The notes under the pieces are model-generated. The model did not search any database. It was not told where the DNA came from and saw nothing but the letters and a program-made list of their open reading frames with translations. DNA of 64,000 nt from Euglena gracilis (taxonomy: Eukaryota): NCBI GenBank assembly GCA_039621445.1, contig CP154954.1, positions 40,169,572-40,233,571 on the forward strand. Reading direction: 5' to 3'. A program made the translations under genes and the position numbers. Positions 1 to 13,810 of the stretch are shown piece by piece (within the stretch, counting starts at the first letter, position 1; every line of letters starts with the position of its first letter).

Positions 1-19
1 ATGGCTTCCCATCCTTCCC

Positions 20-1700
20 TGGGTGCGTACCTGGGGTACTACCACCCCAGTACCTGTTGTACCTGTACAGGTACTGGGGGGTACACGCAGGTCCTGGGGG
101 GGGGGTAAGTACCCCCCCACACCGGCGCCGACAAGGCCCATGTTTAAATAGGTACGTACCCCGCCCAGAACCTGTTGTAACCTGTCCAGGTCCTGGGGGG
201 GTACACGGAGGTCCTGGTGGGGGTACGTACCCCCCCACACCGGCGCCGACGAGGCCTATGTCTAAACAGGTACGTACACCCCCAAATCGTGTTGTACCTA
301 TACAGGTACACGCAGGTCCTGGGGGGGGAAACACAATTGTTGGAGGGCCCCAAAATAACAAAATACCTTGTGTTTCCAAGTCGTTTTGGGGGGCAAATCC
401 CTTGTGTTTCCAAGTCGTTTTGGGGGGCAAATCCCATTTGTTGCTCAATTGTTGGAGGGCCCCAAAATATCAAAATCCCTTGCGTTGCCAAATCACTTTT
501 GGTGGGCAAATCCCTTGTGTTTCCAAGTCATTTCGGGGGGCAAATCCCTTTTGTTGTCCAACTGCTCGAGGGCCCCAAAAATATCAAAATCGCTTGCGTT
601 TCCAAGTCATTTTGGTGAGCAAATCCCTTGCGTTTCCAAGTCATTTTGGGGGACAAATCAGTTTTGTTGCTCAACTGTTGGAGGGCCCCAAAGTAACAAA
701 ATCCCTTGTGTTGCCAAGTCATTTTGGGGGCAAAATCCCTTGCGTTTCCAAGTAATTTTTGGGGGCAAATCCCATTTGTTTTCTGAATTGTTGGAGGGCC
801 CCAAAATATCAAAATCCCTTGTGTTGCCAAGTAATTTTGGGGGGCAAATCCCTTGCGTTTCCAAGTCATTTTGGGGACAAATCCCTTTTGTTGTCCAACT
901 GCTTGGGGGCCCCAAAATAACAAAGTCCCTTGTGTTTCCAAGTCATATTGGTGGGCAAATCCCTTGTTTTTCCAAGTCGTTTTGGGGGGCAAATCCCTTT
1001 TCTTGTCCAACTGCTCGGGGGCCCCAAAATATCAAAATCGCTTGTGTTTCCAAGTCATTTTGGTGAGCAAATCCCTTGCGTATCCAAGTCATTTTGGGAG
1101 GCAAATCCCTTCTGTTTCTAAGTCGTTTTGGGGGGCAAATCCCTTTTGTTGTCCAACTGCTCGAGGGCCCCAAAATAACAAAATCCCTTGTGTTGCCAAA
1201 TAATTTTGGGGGACAAATCCCTTCTGTCTCCAAGTCAATATGGGGGGCAATTCCCATTTGTTTTCTGAATTGTTGGAGGGCCCAAAATATCAAAATCCCT
1301 TGTGTTGCCAAATCACTTTGGTGGGCAAATCCCTTGTGTTTCCAAGTCGTTTTGGGGGGCAAATCCCTTTTGTTGTCCAACTGCTCGAGGGCCCCAAAAT
1401 ATCAAAATCGCTTGTGTTTCCAAGTTATTTTGGTGAGCAAATCCCTTGTGTTTCCAAATCATTTTGGGGGGTAAATCCCTTTTGTTGTTCAATTGTTGGA
1501 GGGCCCCAAAATAACAAAACCCCTTGTGTTTCCAAGTCTTTTTGTTGTGTATCTGTACCTGTACAGGTACATGCAGGTCCTGGGGGGGGGTGCGTACCTG
1601 TTTAGACATAGGCCTTGTTGGCGCCGGTGTGAGGGGGTTGTATCACCCCCCAGTACCTGCTTGTACCAGGTACGCGCCTTGTACCAGGTACGTACCCCCC
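20..1700. mobile_element. Probable inverted-repeat element with GTAC-rich ends enclosing a satellite (ends approximate)
   Basis: caccggcgccgacgaggcctatgtctaaacaggtacgtacacccc (~239-283) is the near-perfect reverse complement of ~1587-1630. Both flanks are rich in gtacctgtacaggtac. No TSD identified. Confidence 0.55.
335..1540 (+). repeat. Satellite with ~36-bp monomer (gggggcaaatcccttgtgtttccaagtcattttg) and higher-order units containing ggagggccccaaaatatcaaaatc
   Basis: Directly visible tandem array. Fragments recur at ~12850-13100, 18162-18230, 18669-18740 and 23511-23552. Confidence 0.9.
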
Positions 1701-2381
1701 AGAACCCCCCCCCACGGCCAGGCTCCCCCCAGGGGGGGGAGGGTCCAGCCTCCGGCTGGAAAAAAGGCTGGCTGGACCCCCAAGGGGACAGGGGGGGGGG
1801 TCCGGGGCTGGAGGCAACTGTGCTGGGCTGGGCTGATGAAAAACAAATTTTTCAAAAACATTTTTGCCTTCTCGAACACAAGTTTATGTGCCAGACATTG
1901 GGGGCGAGGAAGCTGTGATGAGAAAAAAAAATGCAGGGATGGGTGAGCCGGGCAGCCCAATTGGCTGACCAGGCTGGACCAGGCCTCTGGCCAGGCTGGA
2001 CCCAACTTTATTTCACTCGACCCTGAGGGGGGGGACTCCCAGCCCGAATTTGGGCTGCTGGCTGGATTTGAGCTCCTGGCTGGCTTGACCCCCCCTGGAG
2101 ATGGGGTCCCCTCCGGCTTGAGAAATCCCCTGCTTTCCCTCACTGAATCTACATCAGAAAAGGGGGGGACGCGTTTCTGTTAACCTGCGTCCCAGACACC
2201 GGTTCTGTCCGAAAGACAGAACCGGCGTCTGGGATGCAAGATTCACTACAGAACCGGCGTCCCCCCCCCTTTTCTTAAGGTGGCCTTTTAGGGCCGCCGG
2301 GTTCACGACAGAACCAGTTTCCAACCTTCGGTCAAAGGACACTCCCAGGACCAAACTCTGACAATTGATCTGCAATGTTAA

Positions 2382-3278
2382 AACCGTTAACCGTTCACGG
2401 GCTTCCCCACGTGAGGAAACGGGGTGCGTTCACAGGTGCGCACTACGGCACCCGTGAACGGACCCCGTTTTCACATATGCGCACCCGTGGTCGGTTCACG
2501 GGTGCACAGACGGCAGCCGTGGACGGAATTTTACATTAAAAAAAAAGGAAAAACATTTACGCAGTAGGGAAGAGGATGTAAATGTTGCTTACAGCATTTA
2601 CATAGGTCCGAAAACTGGACACTGGCATGGAGCGAAGGCGCCCATCTTTTCCTACCTTCTCCTGCCTTGTCTGGACCCAGGCATCGGCTTCCTGCTGCGT
2701 CTGGAAAAGTTCACGAGCATCAACGCACCATCTGGCCCATCCCACCAAAACTTCGTCCAAAGAGCCAAAAACAACGCCATGCCGGTTGCAAACATCCATT
2801 TACTCCAAAAAACACTTTACTGCGGCATGGTTCTTGGGGCCCAGGTCACAATTTTGACCACCGGTGGGGAGACTGCCAAAAAGGGCATCCACTGCAGCAG
2901 CTCCTTGGGAGCCGGCACCACGTAAAACAGCCAAAAATTCATCTACGTTGGGGGGGCGGGGCATCTGTGCTTCCATCATGTTGGCAAAACGCTTCATCGG
3001 ACTGTGGGGAAAAGCAGAGGACAGACAGAAACACAAATGTAAAAAACCCAAAAAATTCAAATTCCGATCACGGGTAACACCTTGCGCAACCGTGGTCGGT
3101 TCACAGGTGCACGCACGGCAGCCGTGGACGGAAATTCCGTTCACGGGTGCGCACTACGGCACCCGTGAACGGCCAAAGTTCACCCGTGAACGCCAAAAAC
3201 GCGATTTTTGACCCCCTGGGCATCTCGTTAGGAAGCGCTTGCCTACTGCGAGGAAGCCCATGAACTTGGTTAACGGTT
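2382..3278. mobile_element. Nested TTAA-TSD element with AA..TT termini (Kolobok-like) carrying a coding relic
   Basis: ttaa|aaccgttaaccgttcacgggcttcc ... ggaagcccatgaacttggttaacggtt|ttaa. The homologous host copy near 19850-19880 lacks the insert. Confidence 0.8.
2557..3010 (-). pseudogene. Degenerate coding fragment, possibly a tyrosine-recombinase core-binding-like segment
   Basis: ORFs 2800-3144 and 2557-2799 share one frame split by a single TAA: ...AAVKCFLE*MDVCNRH...MPVSSFRTYVNAVSNIY. Family call is by motif impression only. Confidence 0.4.
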
Positions 3279-3282
3279 TTAA

Positions 3283-3386
3283 GAAAAAAGCGGGGTCCGA
3301 TCACGATTCCCGGTGGAGAAACGGGGGGCGCCTACGGCGCCCCCCCCGTTTCTCCACCGGGAATCGTGATCGGACCCCGCTTTTTC
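3283..3386. mobile_element. ~104-bp near-perfect palindromic (foldback) MITE at the same TTAA site
   Basis: gaaaaaagcggggtccgatcacgattcccggtggagaaac...gtttctccaccgggaatcgtgatcggaccccgctttttc, flanked by ttaa and ttat. Confidence 0.8.
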
Positions 3387-6300
3387 TTATAGAACTACTT
3401 TGGATTTTTTTGTATTTGGAGTTCGTCGATTGCGAGCGCATCTCCGGCTGTGTCAATCGTTCAGGTGCAAAGTCACCCTTCAATTAAAAGTTCTTGTCAT
3501 CAGACGACCAGTGATGACCACCAAATTCGGCCACGTTGCACAGTACTCTGATTTCCTCTCCCAGGAAAATCCGAATTTAATAATTTTTATATTTGCCAGA
3601 TCCCTCAGGTCATCAACTTAAACAAAAAAAAAATCCCTTCTGCAGGGAGGGCCGAAAATCACCACAAATTTCAACTCTGAAACCGTGTCTGGGGGCTCCG
3701 CCCGAACCGGCGTCTGGGACGCCGGTTTGGGCGGGAAATTTCTGCGCCGAACCGGCGTCCCAGTTCCCCCAGACGCCGGTTCGGGCGTGAAACCGGCGTC
3801 TGGGGGATTAAAACAAAAAGTGCCAAAAAGTGTTCAAAATGGTTTGTAGACATGTGGCAATCACATTTGAGCAGTTTTTGGGTGGCCTTGGGCCAGAAAT
3901 TGGGGTTTTTTGAGCAACAATTTCCTGTTGGCCAATTTTAGAGAATTTCTAAAATAGAATACCATGCAGCATGGCAGGAATCTAAGGCCATCTGCTGAAA
4001 GCCCTTGAGAAGAGCTTTCTATCGATGGGCAACATGGCAGCTGAAAAGTGGAATTTCAGATCTGCAAACAGGGTCGGAAAAATGCGGAAGAATGCGATCG
4101 CTGGTTTTCAGACCGCTTTGCAATCTGGCTGAATTCTGTGGGTACCAAGCGAAAGGTGTTGGCGAGAGCTTTCGTTTGATGTGCAACATGCAACCTGAAA
4201 TGTGGGACTTGCAAATTAGGATGTCAAATTTTGGAATACACAATCGCTGAAAGTAAGAGCTGCGTGCATTATGGCCGAATTCCGTGGCCATCTGTCAAAA
4301 GCCCTTGACAAGAGCTTTCAATTGATGGGTGACATGGCTTCATAAGGGTGGATTCTGCCAATTTCGACCGGCGGCCCATTTGGGCCAAAGTCAAAACTGC
4401 CCCAAACATGGGGATTTTGGGCGAAATTGGCTGTGATTCCTCAGCTGCCGGTTCGGGCGTGAAACCGGAGCCCCTTGGCCACGGTTTCAAAAACTGTGTC
4501 CCAAACAGGTTCGGGCGTGAAACCTGTGCCTGGGACGCGGTTCGGGCTAGTCCCCGAACCGGCGTCCTGGGCACAGGCTTCACGCCCGAACCGGCGTCTG
4601 GGACACAATTCTCGATACAGATTCTGGCTGATCCGACGATCGCGAGTGTATCTCTGGATTTGTGCAACGTTGGGGTACCAATTGACACCTCAATTAAAAA
4701 AATTCTTTTCAACAGACGGCCAGCGATGGTCACGGTGCTCTAAGTCCAAAACAGCACCAGCTTTCACCAAATTAGATACCCACCCCAGTGGTCCCCAAAT
4801 TGCAAATTACAATACAGTACATCGCTGAAACCGTCAAATCAGGACCTCTATAACCAATTTCGGCCGTTTTGGGGCACTTTCAATAATGCTTTTTTGTGAT
4901 GACAGAACCGGCGTTAGCGACGCCGGATTATGGACAACCGGCGTCCAAAAACCAGTGGGGGGGGGACGCCGGTTCTGTCATGAACCCGGCGGCCCAAACG
5001 CCGGTTTAAAAGCACTCAATATTATCATTCTTGACCTCGTGAGAGACATCACCTTCATAACAATCATCATCCAAATCTTCGTCATCGTCTTCCAAGTATT
5101 CAATTGTTTCAAAATCAGGTTCCATCCAAAGAATGGCAATTGCTCAATCTCAATAAATCATTCCTTGCAATGAATCTGCAGAAGATGCCGAAGGCGCGTC
5201 GCATGCATAGGGGGCTCACGGGGGGGAACACTACATTTTCGGTTGGCAAATTCACCGAACCCAAAATATGGAAAATTTTTCCATAAATTAGGAATACCCA
5301 CACCTGAAATTTGGATTTGAACCGAAATTGGAAACCAACTGGGAAAGGGGTCCTACCTGGACCCCCCCCAGGGGGTGGCAGGAATAATCAATTAACCGCC
5401 AAAGCGGGGACCAAGCGATTGACCGCGATCAACTGGGTGTCCCGGATTGATGAACAGCATTTCCTCGTCGGAAAAGCCTTGGGTTGTAATGTCAAAATGC
5501 CAAGGGGGGTGTCTGAGCATTGGCAGACATGGCATTTTTGGGTGGTGAAATTAGGAACTCGCTGTGTGAAAATTTTGGCCAATTAGGGTCCAAGCACACA
5601 AATTAGGAATTGCTCAACATGAATGAAGAATCACACACACACACACACACACACACCAAACAAGTAATCACCTGCCTCAAATTTCAGAAAAAATCGGGAA
5701 TCACCACCAAAATTTGGCTTTCTTGGCAATCCATAACCAAATGTCGATTAATTGGATTAATTGATCCCCCCCGCAAAAAGAGCGACTAGATGGGGGGACA
5801 CAAGTGATTAACCACACTTCAAATGGCAGACAACCTTGGGGGTGGGGGGTCTAGGGAGGTGGTTTGAACCCAGCTGCCGGGCTGGACCCAGCTAGGACCC
5901 AAAACGGGAAAACCCAAATCCCACTGGGACATTTTTCAACTAAATTTTTGAGGCGCAAACATAGAGAAGCCCAAAATGGCCATTTTTAACAATTTTGACC
6001 ACTTTTTTTTAAAATTTTCTGTGCCGATTTTTTGGGTCCCGTTTTGCAATTAAGGGAACATATCAATGCATTTTGAGAGTCAAGGTGGGGAAGACCAACC
6101 CGTGTGTTTTTAGAGACGACCAGGTACGGAGCGTGAACAAATGGACACTAAATACAAATACATCCCACCGTTGTATTGGACTCCCCTCTCAAGAACTATA
6201 AACCCCCCCCAAAAATAAGACCCTGGGTCCATTTCATGGGTCGGTTGCTGGAAAGTCTGAGGGTGGGTCTTATTCATGGGGGGGGGGTTCATTTTATGGA

Positions 6301-7630
6301 TTTTTGCTGGAAAAATTTTCGACCCCCAAAATGTCAAAAAATGCCCCCCAAAATGCCATTTTTTCGAAAAATTTGGTGCTTCGCACCAGGCAAATCGGGG
6401 AAAATATGCTGAATTGTATGGAAACTGTCCCAAAATGACAGATTTACCCCCCCAAAATGGCACTTTTTTCAAAAATCCGGCGCTTCGCGCCGGCAGGGGG
6501 GTCTTATTTATGGGGGGGTCCATTCCATGGATTTTTGCTAGGACAGGCCAGGGGGGTCGGTCTTATTTTTGGGGGGGGTCCATTTTATGGGGGGGGTCTC
6601 ATCTTTGGGGGGGTTATCTATACCCCGGTTCGGGCGTGCGCCCAAATCGGGGTATGGGACCCAGACTGTGATTCGATTTTGCACATTACTTTCAAATTTG
6701 ACCAAAAATTCTGTATTTTTTTGAAGAAATTTGACTCATTTCAGTTCACCCTTGTGATTAAGGGAATTTGGTGTGTTGTTCTTTTTCCTTTGTTTCCTTG
6801 ATGTTTCTTTGGCCATTTCTTTTCAAACATAAATAAAAAATGGTTTTTTCAAAAAAAACCCCAAAACACTGCCTTCCCCAAATTTGGGACATGCCTGGGC
6901 TCCTTCCGACCCCCCATTTGCTGATTAGGGGGGACCAAGGAATTTCTTAGGTCGACCCCCAGGGGTCAACCAACAACTCCCCCCCCGAAGAAATGAGGTT
7001 TTTGTAGCCCGGCAAAGCCGGTCGAATTGCTACTAGGCGCGCATTTTTGCCAGGTCTGGGACCCCCCCACGCGGCCGCCCCCCCCCCTCAACCCCCCCAA
7101 CTTCCCCAAGAAAAAAAAAACTCCCAAAAAATCGCGACATTTCTGAGGCCCAAAAATGGCAAAGAATGGCCATTTTCGGACATAAAATGGCAAATTTGGG
7201 GGCTACAAGTTCCGCACACAGCCCCAAAAAAAGCATTTTTTTTGATTAAAAATAGCAAAAAAATGACCAAAAAATGACACTTTTTTGGAACCGAAATCAA
7301 GAGCTCAGCACTATTCAAAACCTGGTTACCCATGGACCCATGAACATGTGGGGTAAATTGAGTAGCCCCCCCCCCTAATGGTCACCCCCCAATTGTCGCC
7401 AGGGGGGGGGGTCAAAATGCTCCCGGGGCGGGTGCCATATAGGGGGGGTCACGTTGCATAATCCCCAGGGATTTATTTTGAGGCCTCAAGCGATTTCATT
7501 ATTAAACCGGAGTTTGGGACGCTGGGTTCACGACAGAACTGGCGTCCCCCCCCAAGGACGCCGGTTCTGTCCCAAAAAAGGGAGGGTTAGGGACGCCGGT
7601 TCTGTCCAAAACCCGGCGTCCCTAACGCAG

Positions 7631-8726
7631 GGAGATCAGGCAGTAGACTTTGGTCATTTTGACCCCCCTCCCCCCCCCCCTATGGTGAAGTTCATCGTTT
7701 GAAAGTTCACCGGGGGGTCCCGGACCCCCTCCCCCCCCTCTGCCTAACCCATCGGTGAACTTCACCGGTGAAGTTCACCAAGAGAGCACTTTTTTGCCAA
7801 AAATGGCCAAAAATGACATTTTTGGGCAAGTTTTCGGAAATTTTGATTGAATTCCATGAAGCATCCACCTCAAAATGACCATTTTGAGAGGAAAGGAGCA
7901 AAATTTCACCCATGAAAATTTCACCCCCAACCATCAAAACAGTGAAGTTCACCAGTGAACTTCACCGCCGAAAGTGCCCCCCCCCCCGATGAACGTTCGG
8001 CAGCCCGAAACTACTGGGCCCCCCGGGGGGGGGGAGGGCCCAGTACTTAATCTGGGGGGGGGGAGGTCCATCTTCTTTTACCCCCTCAGGGCCATCTTCT
8101 TTAACCCCCCCGGTCCATCTTCTTTTACCCTCTCCCCTGCCTTGCGCCGCGGCGGGGGGGGGGTGGGGAAATCCGTGGTTGGGCGCACCACGCCTTTTTT
8201 TCGGGGGGGGGGGGTCGCGCTGGGTGGCGGCGGCGGCGCGCGCGGGGGGGGGGGGGGAGAAGCCCCCCACCAACCGGAGCAAAACCGCGGGGCCGTGCGG
8301 CGCGCGCGGGGGGAGACCGAAAACAGGGCGGCGAGCAGGGGGGGGGCAGACACAGACGGACAGACAGACAGAAAAGACAGACGGGAAGGACAGAGACAGA
8401 GACAGACGGACAGACGGAGAAAGGACCGACAGAAAAGACAGGACAGAGACAGGGCGCGGAGAGAGAGAGGAGGGGCGGCGGCGGGAAACAGGGGAACATT
8501 CCCCCCGGCGCGGAGGGAACGGGGCAGGGGAAAGGGGGGGGTCCCTCTTCTTTACCCCGGGGGGTCCATCTTCTTTAAGGCGGGGGGTCCGACTACCCCC
8601 CCGGATTAAGTACTGGGCCCTCCCCCCCCCGGGGGGCCCAGTACTTTCGGGCTGCCGAACGTTCACCGGTGAACTTCACCGGGGGGGGGGGGGTCCACAG
8701 CCCCCCCCCCATACGGCCTAACCTCC
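7631..8726 (+). mobile_element. GGAG..CTCC MITE family with 3-bp TSD (PIF/Harbinger-like) and ggtgaa(c/g)ttcacc palindromic repeats
   Basis: cag|ggagatcaggc ... gcctaacctcc|cag. Confidence 0.85.
7999..8656. mobile_element. Nested element with ~75-90 bp TIRs, GGC..GCC ends and 8-bp TSD gaacgttc (Merlin/Mutator-like)
   Basis: gaacgttc|ggcagcccgaaa...tttcgggctgcc|gaacgttc. Sister host copies carry a single gaatgttc here. Internal GACA-rich tract. Confidence 0.75.
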
Positions 8727-11700
8727 CAGGTTTTGCATTCCTAAAAATGTCACCAAAACTGCCCCAAAATGGCCCTGAGGTGCGGATATGACTGTTCTAA
8801 CCATGTAGCACAATGAAATTTGACACTTGGGGACCACTTGGGGGGATATCCAATTTTGATGAAAATTGGTGCTGTTTTGGAAATAGAGCACCGTGCAGCG
8901 TGGAAAAATCTGATGACCACCACTGGTCGTCTGTTGAAAAGAGCTTTCGAACGAGGGGTAACTTGGTACCCTAACGTTGCACGCAGCCCGAGATACGCTC
9001 GGAATCGTCGGATCGGCTAGAATCTGAGTCGAAATTTGTGGTGATTTTTGGTGCTGTGTGGTTTGAGATGCTAAATGAACCACACAGAAATGAGTTTTCT
9101 CCTCGAATCGACGGCCAGGGGGATAAAAAAAAATTGTGAAAGCAGGACTTCCCAGTGACATGAAACAAGAGCACTGTGAAGAGCTTTCGATTGAGGGGTG
9201 AGTTTGCACCTGAACGATCGACACAGCCAGAGATACGCTCGCGATTGTCGGAATTTGGTGAGATGCAGATTAGTGGTCGGAGATTGGTCCTGGAAGTGTC
9301 CTATGACCGAAGGTTGGGGAAGCCGGTTCTGTCATGAACCCGGCGTCCCTACAGTGAGTGGACAGGGTTATTGACACTATTTGGACAGACAAAATTGTTG
9401 AAACTTTTGGACAAAGTTATTGAAACTTTTGGACATGGTAATTGAAACTCAGAAAAAAATAATAACCACATGAATTGAGGAGTCCTCAAATCTTGTATTG
9501 CGTTCAAAGTGTAACCCCACGCCTTCGGACGCTTCACTTTGTTTGACGCTTGGTCAGTTTGGTTCATCAGAAGAAACAACTCTCCAACTCTCACTGTCCA
9601 ATTTGACGACAATCACACCATTCCTTCTCCAAATTTAAAAAAAAATGAACGCACTTCCAACAAGCAACCGACGACAAAGGGGGAAAAAACCAATGCCCTC
9701 TCAGAACCCATCAATTTTACATTTGCAAACGGGACAAGCAATGGTGAGGTTGGACCCTCACCCCCCGACCTTGTCCCCCCTCCCCCCCCCCCCGATCTTG
9801 TCGACCTTGTCCCATGCACGGGCCAGTGTCAGAGATTGGGGGTGGGGGGGTCACATCAAACAACCGCCGGTGCAAGGTCAAAATCCAAATGTAGGCAACC
9901 CTGAAAACGCAGGCAGATTCAAGGGAACCCAACCAGGGTTGGGAAATTAACCGCCATTTCCAGGTCAAGCGATTAACCATGGTTAAGTGGGGGTCAGGCG
10001 TCAATTAACCAATTTTCGATTAACCGCGCCTGTCCCTCGATGAATTTCGATTATCCGCCGCCGTATCAATTTTTTCCCAAAAAAAACAAAAGTCATTTGC
10101 CTTCCCGACTTACTTCTTCAATCTACAATTGGCCAAAAACCCCAAAAATTTGACGTCCAGAAAATTTGGTATCAGAAACCGTGTTTTGGGCGAAGATTTA
10201 AGACTTTTAAAGTCTCGACAACCAGGGGTGACCGCGGCGCCTTCGGCGCCGCGGTCCCCGCCCCTGGGCTCCCCTAACTTGGCCCAAACACAGTTCTTGA
10301 CACAAAAACAGAGTTTACATTCAAGGCTTTTTTGAAAGAATTTTTCATCCACATTGGCATTGAACACAACCTTGGTGCCCAACCTTGCCATCTTCCTTGA
10401 AGAAAAGTTCCCAAACCCGGGACACTTCTTCTTCCGACAACGAAAAAGAAGCAATTAACCGGGGGGGTCACAAGCGATTAACCGTTTTTTCGATTAACCA
10501 TGGTTAATTATCCCCCCCACAAACGAACGATTAACTAGGGGGTCCCAAGCGATTAACCGTTTTTTGATTAACCATCCAACCTTGACCCAACAAAAATCTC
10601 ATCAAGAACAAAACCACCCAAATTTGCTCTCGTTTGAAGTCAAAGGCAAGCATTTCCCCGAAGAAATGTGCAACTTTTTCCTTCATTTAAAAAAGAGGAG
10701 GAGCGGACCCCTCCACCCTCTGGTGACGACCCCATGGCCAGTTCCACCCCCCAGAACCTCTCCTGCTCCTTGGTCCTGGGGGGGGGGGGGCTGGCCATGA
10801 CTCAGAAATCCCAGCTGGTGGACAAGCAAAATCCGCCTGTCCCTCCCAGCCTGCTCCACGCCGTTCCAGCCTCATGCATCCTCCGCCCCCAGGGGAGGAG
10901 GTCGAACGGAATCCCCCCCCCGCAACTGCCAATTTTTTTGGTAGTTTCAGTTACCTTGTCCAAAAGTTTCAATTACCTTGTCCAAAAGTTTCAAATAACT
11001 TTGTCCGAAAGTTTCAATTTCTTTGTCCAAAAGTTTCAACAATTTTGTCCAAAAGTTTCAATTATTTCTCCAAAAGTTTCAATATCTCTGGGTCCCGGCT
11101 GTAAAACGCTGGTGAAAGAAAAGGGGTGGCGGACGCCGGGTTCACGGCAGAACCGGTGTCCGCCACCCCTTTTCTGATATATTGGAGGTATTTGAAGCTT
11201 TGGATTGGTCCAAAAAGTCCGAAATTTGACCCAGGCCGCAAAACCTTCAAGATTGCCAAAAAAAATGGCCAGAAAATGGTTTTCCATGTCCATGTATTGA
11301 AATGGTGTCAAGGGGCTCCGGGTTCACACCCGATTTGGTGTCTGGGATGCTGGTTCAGGTGAGAAATTTCTGTGCCGAACCAGCGTTTAAGACGCCAGTT
11401 CGGGCGTGAACCTGACGTCTGGGGGACCCAAAATTAAAAAAAAAATGTGTCCAAAAAAGTGTCCAAGATGGTTTGTAGACATGTGGTAAGCACATCTGAG
11501 CAGTTTTTTGGGGGGGTCTTTGGCCAGAAATTGAGTTTCTTCTGCAATGATTTCCTTTTAGCCAACTCTGGTGAATTTCTGAATTCCATACAGCACAGCT
11601 TAAAGTTATGGCCATCTGCTGAAAGCCCTTGAGAACAACGATGGGCAACATGGCAGGTGCACAGTGGAATTCTGAATTTCAAACAGGGTCGGAACATGCG

Positions 11701-12199
11701 ATTGCCGATTTTCAGAGTGCTGTGCACTGTGGCTGAGTTCTGAAGGTTCCAAGCGAAAGTTCTTGGGGAGAACTTTCTGTTGATTTGCAATATTCCACCT
11801 GAACTGTGGGGTTTGACAAATTACACCTTGCGTCTGAAATGTTTGCCCACAGCTGGTAAAAATAATTGCCCCAATCAGTCCAAAAATTTGCCCAGCGCCC
11901 TCAAAAAATATTTGCCCTCTGTCATTTTATCTTTGCAGAATGAAAAAAAATCTTACACTGGGCAATGGAAAAAGATCCACGCCGATTCATTTGCAGATGC
12001 ATTTTTTAAAAAACCTGCGTATTAGAGGCGTGGGGACTCAGGACGGAGTCTGCATCTTTGGCAGCCGATGAAAAATACAAACGTTGATTGTGTTCAATCA
12101 CCATGTTGCACACGTAGAGTTGGTGAACACCTTATTTGTCCAAAGAACGGGAGGCCTTGTGCGAGCAACGGTGCCAAACGGTAGACTGGGGGGGGGGGG

Positions 12200-13810
12200 G
12201 CAGTGTGTAGTCGGCCGACAAGTCGGCCGACTACCCAATTGGTCGGCCGACTAGGCCTGGTCGGTAACTAGTCGGCAAGACGGGGTGGGGCCACCCGATT
12301 AGTCGGCTGACTAACCACTCGAATGTACTAATGGGTCAGCATCGGCGCATGGCGGTAGACTAGGGAAAGGGGGGTAGTGGGTAGTCGGCCGACAAGTCGG
12401 CCGACCACCCAATTGGTCGGCCGACTAGGCCTAGTCAGTAACTAGTCGGCGAGAGGGGGGGGGGGGTAGTGGGTAGTCGGCCGACTAGTCGGCCGACTAT
12501 TCACTCTAATGCACTAACAGGTCCGAACCGCCGACTTTTAAGCCCCCTCCCCCATGAAGAAAATCCAATGCAAACTAGTTGGTGGCTAGTCGGTACTCAT
12601 AAAAATGGTCTGTGGCGGGCCCAAATCACCCGGAAATGGTCCGGATGGGTCCAAATAAGTGTCTTACCCCTAAAAAAGCAACCCCAGATGGAAATCTTTG
12701 GTCGGTGGGGGTCGGTGGGCCCTTTGATGGGGGTCCGGAGGGGTAAAAAACCAATGATGAAACAGAAATTACATGAAAATCCTTTAGAAATGCAAGCATT
12801 CTGCATCACGAGCAGCAGGAAACTCTCTCCTCCACCCCCACCCGAGCCTCCAATAACAAAATCCCTTCGGCGTTGGCAACATACTCGGGGGCTTAGCCGT
12901 TCTTGTGGCTCACTTTGGCATAGGCGGGGGGGGGGGCTCTGCCCCCGCCCCCCTTCAAATAACAAAATACCTTCTGTGTTGGCAACATACTCGGGGGCTA
13001 AGTCGTTTTTGTGGCTCACTTTGACATAGGCGGGGGGGGTTCGCCCCCCACCCACCCCTCAAATAAAAAAATCCCTTCTATGTTGGCAATACTGTTGGAG
13101 GGATACCCTCACCCCCCCCCCTATTTGCCCCCCCCCCTAATTGGCTAATTGGGGGTCCCGTTGGACGGTCCATTAGCCAATTAGGGGGGGGGTCAGGCTT
13201 ATTGGCCATTGGCCGGGGTAACCCCCCCTACCACCTCCCCCCCCCCCTAATTGACCCCCCCCTAATTGACCAAATGCCCCGGGGAAATTTTTTTCAACCC
13301 CCCCCCCCTAATTGACTACCCGGGGGGATTCCGTGCCGAAGCACCCCCAAATTGACGGTACCCCCCCCTAATTGACGGTACCCCCCCCTAATTGACCCCC
13401 CCCCCTAATTGACCAAAAGGGGGGTCCCGTGGAGAGGTCCCACGGTCAATTAGGGGGGGGGGTGGTAATTGTCCCCCCCCCCTAATTGGCTAATTGGGGG
13501 TCCGAAGGAGCCCGGCCATTAGCCAAATAGGGGGGGGGGTGAGGGTAACTCCTTTTTGTGCAAATTTTGACTTATATTGAAAATCCAATGGGAAGAGGCG
13601 TTCTTTTGCCAAAAGTGGCCCAAAATGGACATTTCCCTCCCAATTTTTTGCACCCCGATTGGGGGGTTCTGGAGCCATTTGGGTGAGTTTTGACTGGTGT
13701 TGAGGTGATTTGGACAAAAGTTTTGTCCCAGGGGGGGGGGGGCTCAAAAGTCGGCGGTTTTTGACCCGTTAGTACATTAGAGTGGGTCGACTAGTCGGCC
13801 GACTACCCAC
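12200..13810. repeat. Nested MITE cluster built from gtcggccgactag and cccccctaattg motifs
   Basis: Many direct and inverted copies at 12209-12500, 13110-13530 and 13780-13810. Boundaries not resolved. Confidence 0.6.

Larger units (their letters stand above)
2279..5005 (+). mobile_element. Non-autonomous TIR element with TTAA TSD (Kolobok/piggyBac-type target site)
   Basis: TTAA at 2275-2278 and 5006-5009. Imperfect TIR gggccgccgggttcacgacagaacc / ggttctgtcatgaacccggcggccc. Internal gaaccggcgtc motifs. Relatives at 7506-9348 (-), ~11120-11830 and ~19765-20040. Confidence 0.75.
7506..9348 (-). mobile_element. Inverted copy of the 2279-5005 family, interrupted by 7631-8726
   Basis: 7506-7630 matches the reverse complement of the end near 5005. 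8730-9348 matches the reverse complement of its internal and left parts. Confidence 0.7.
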
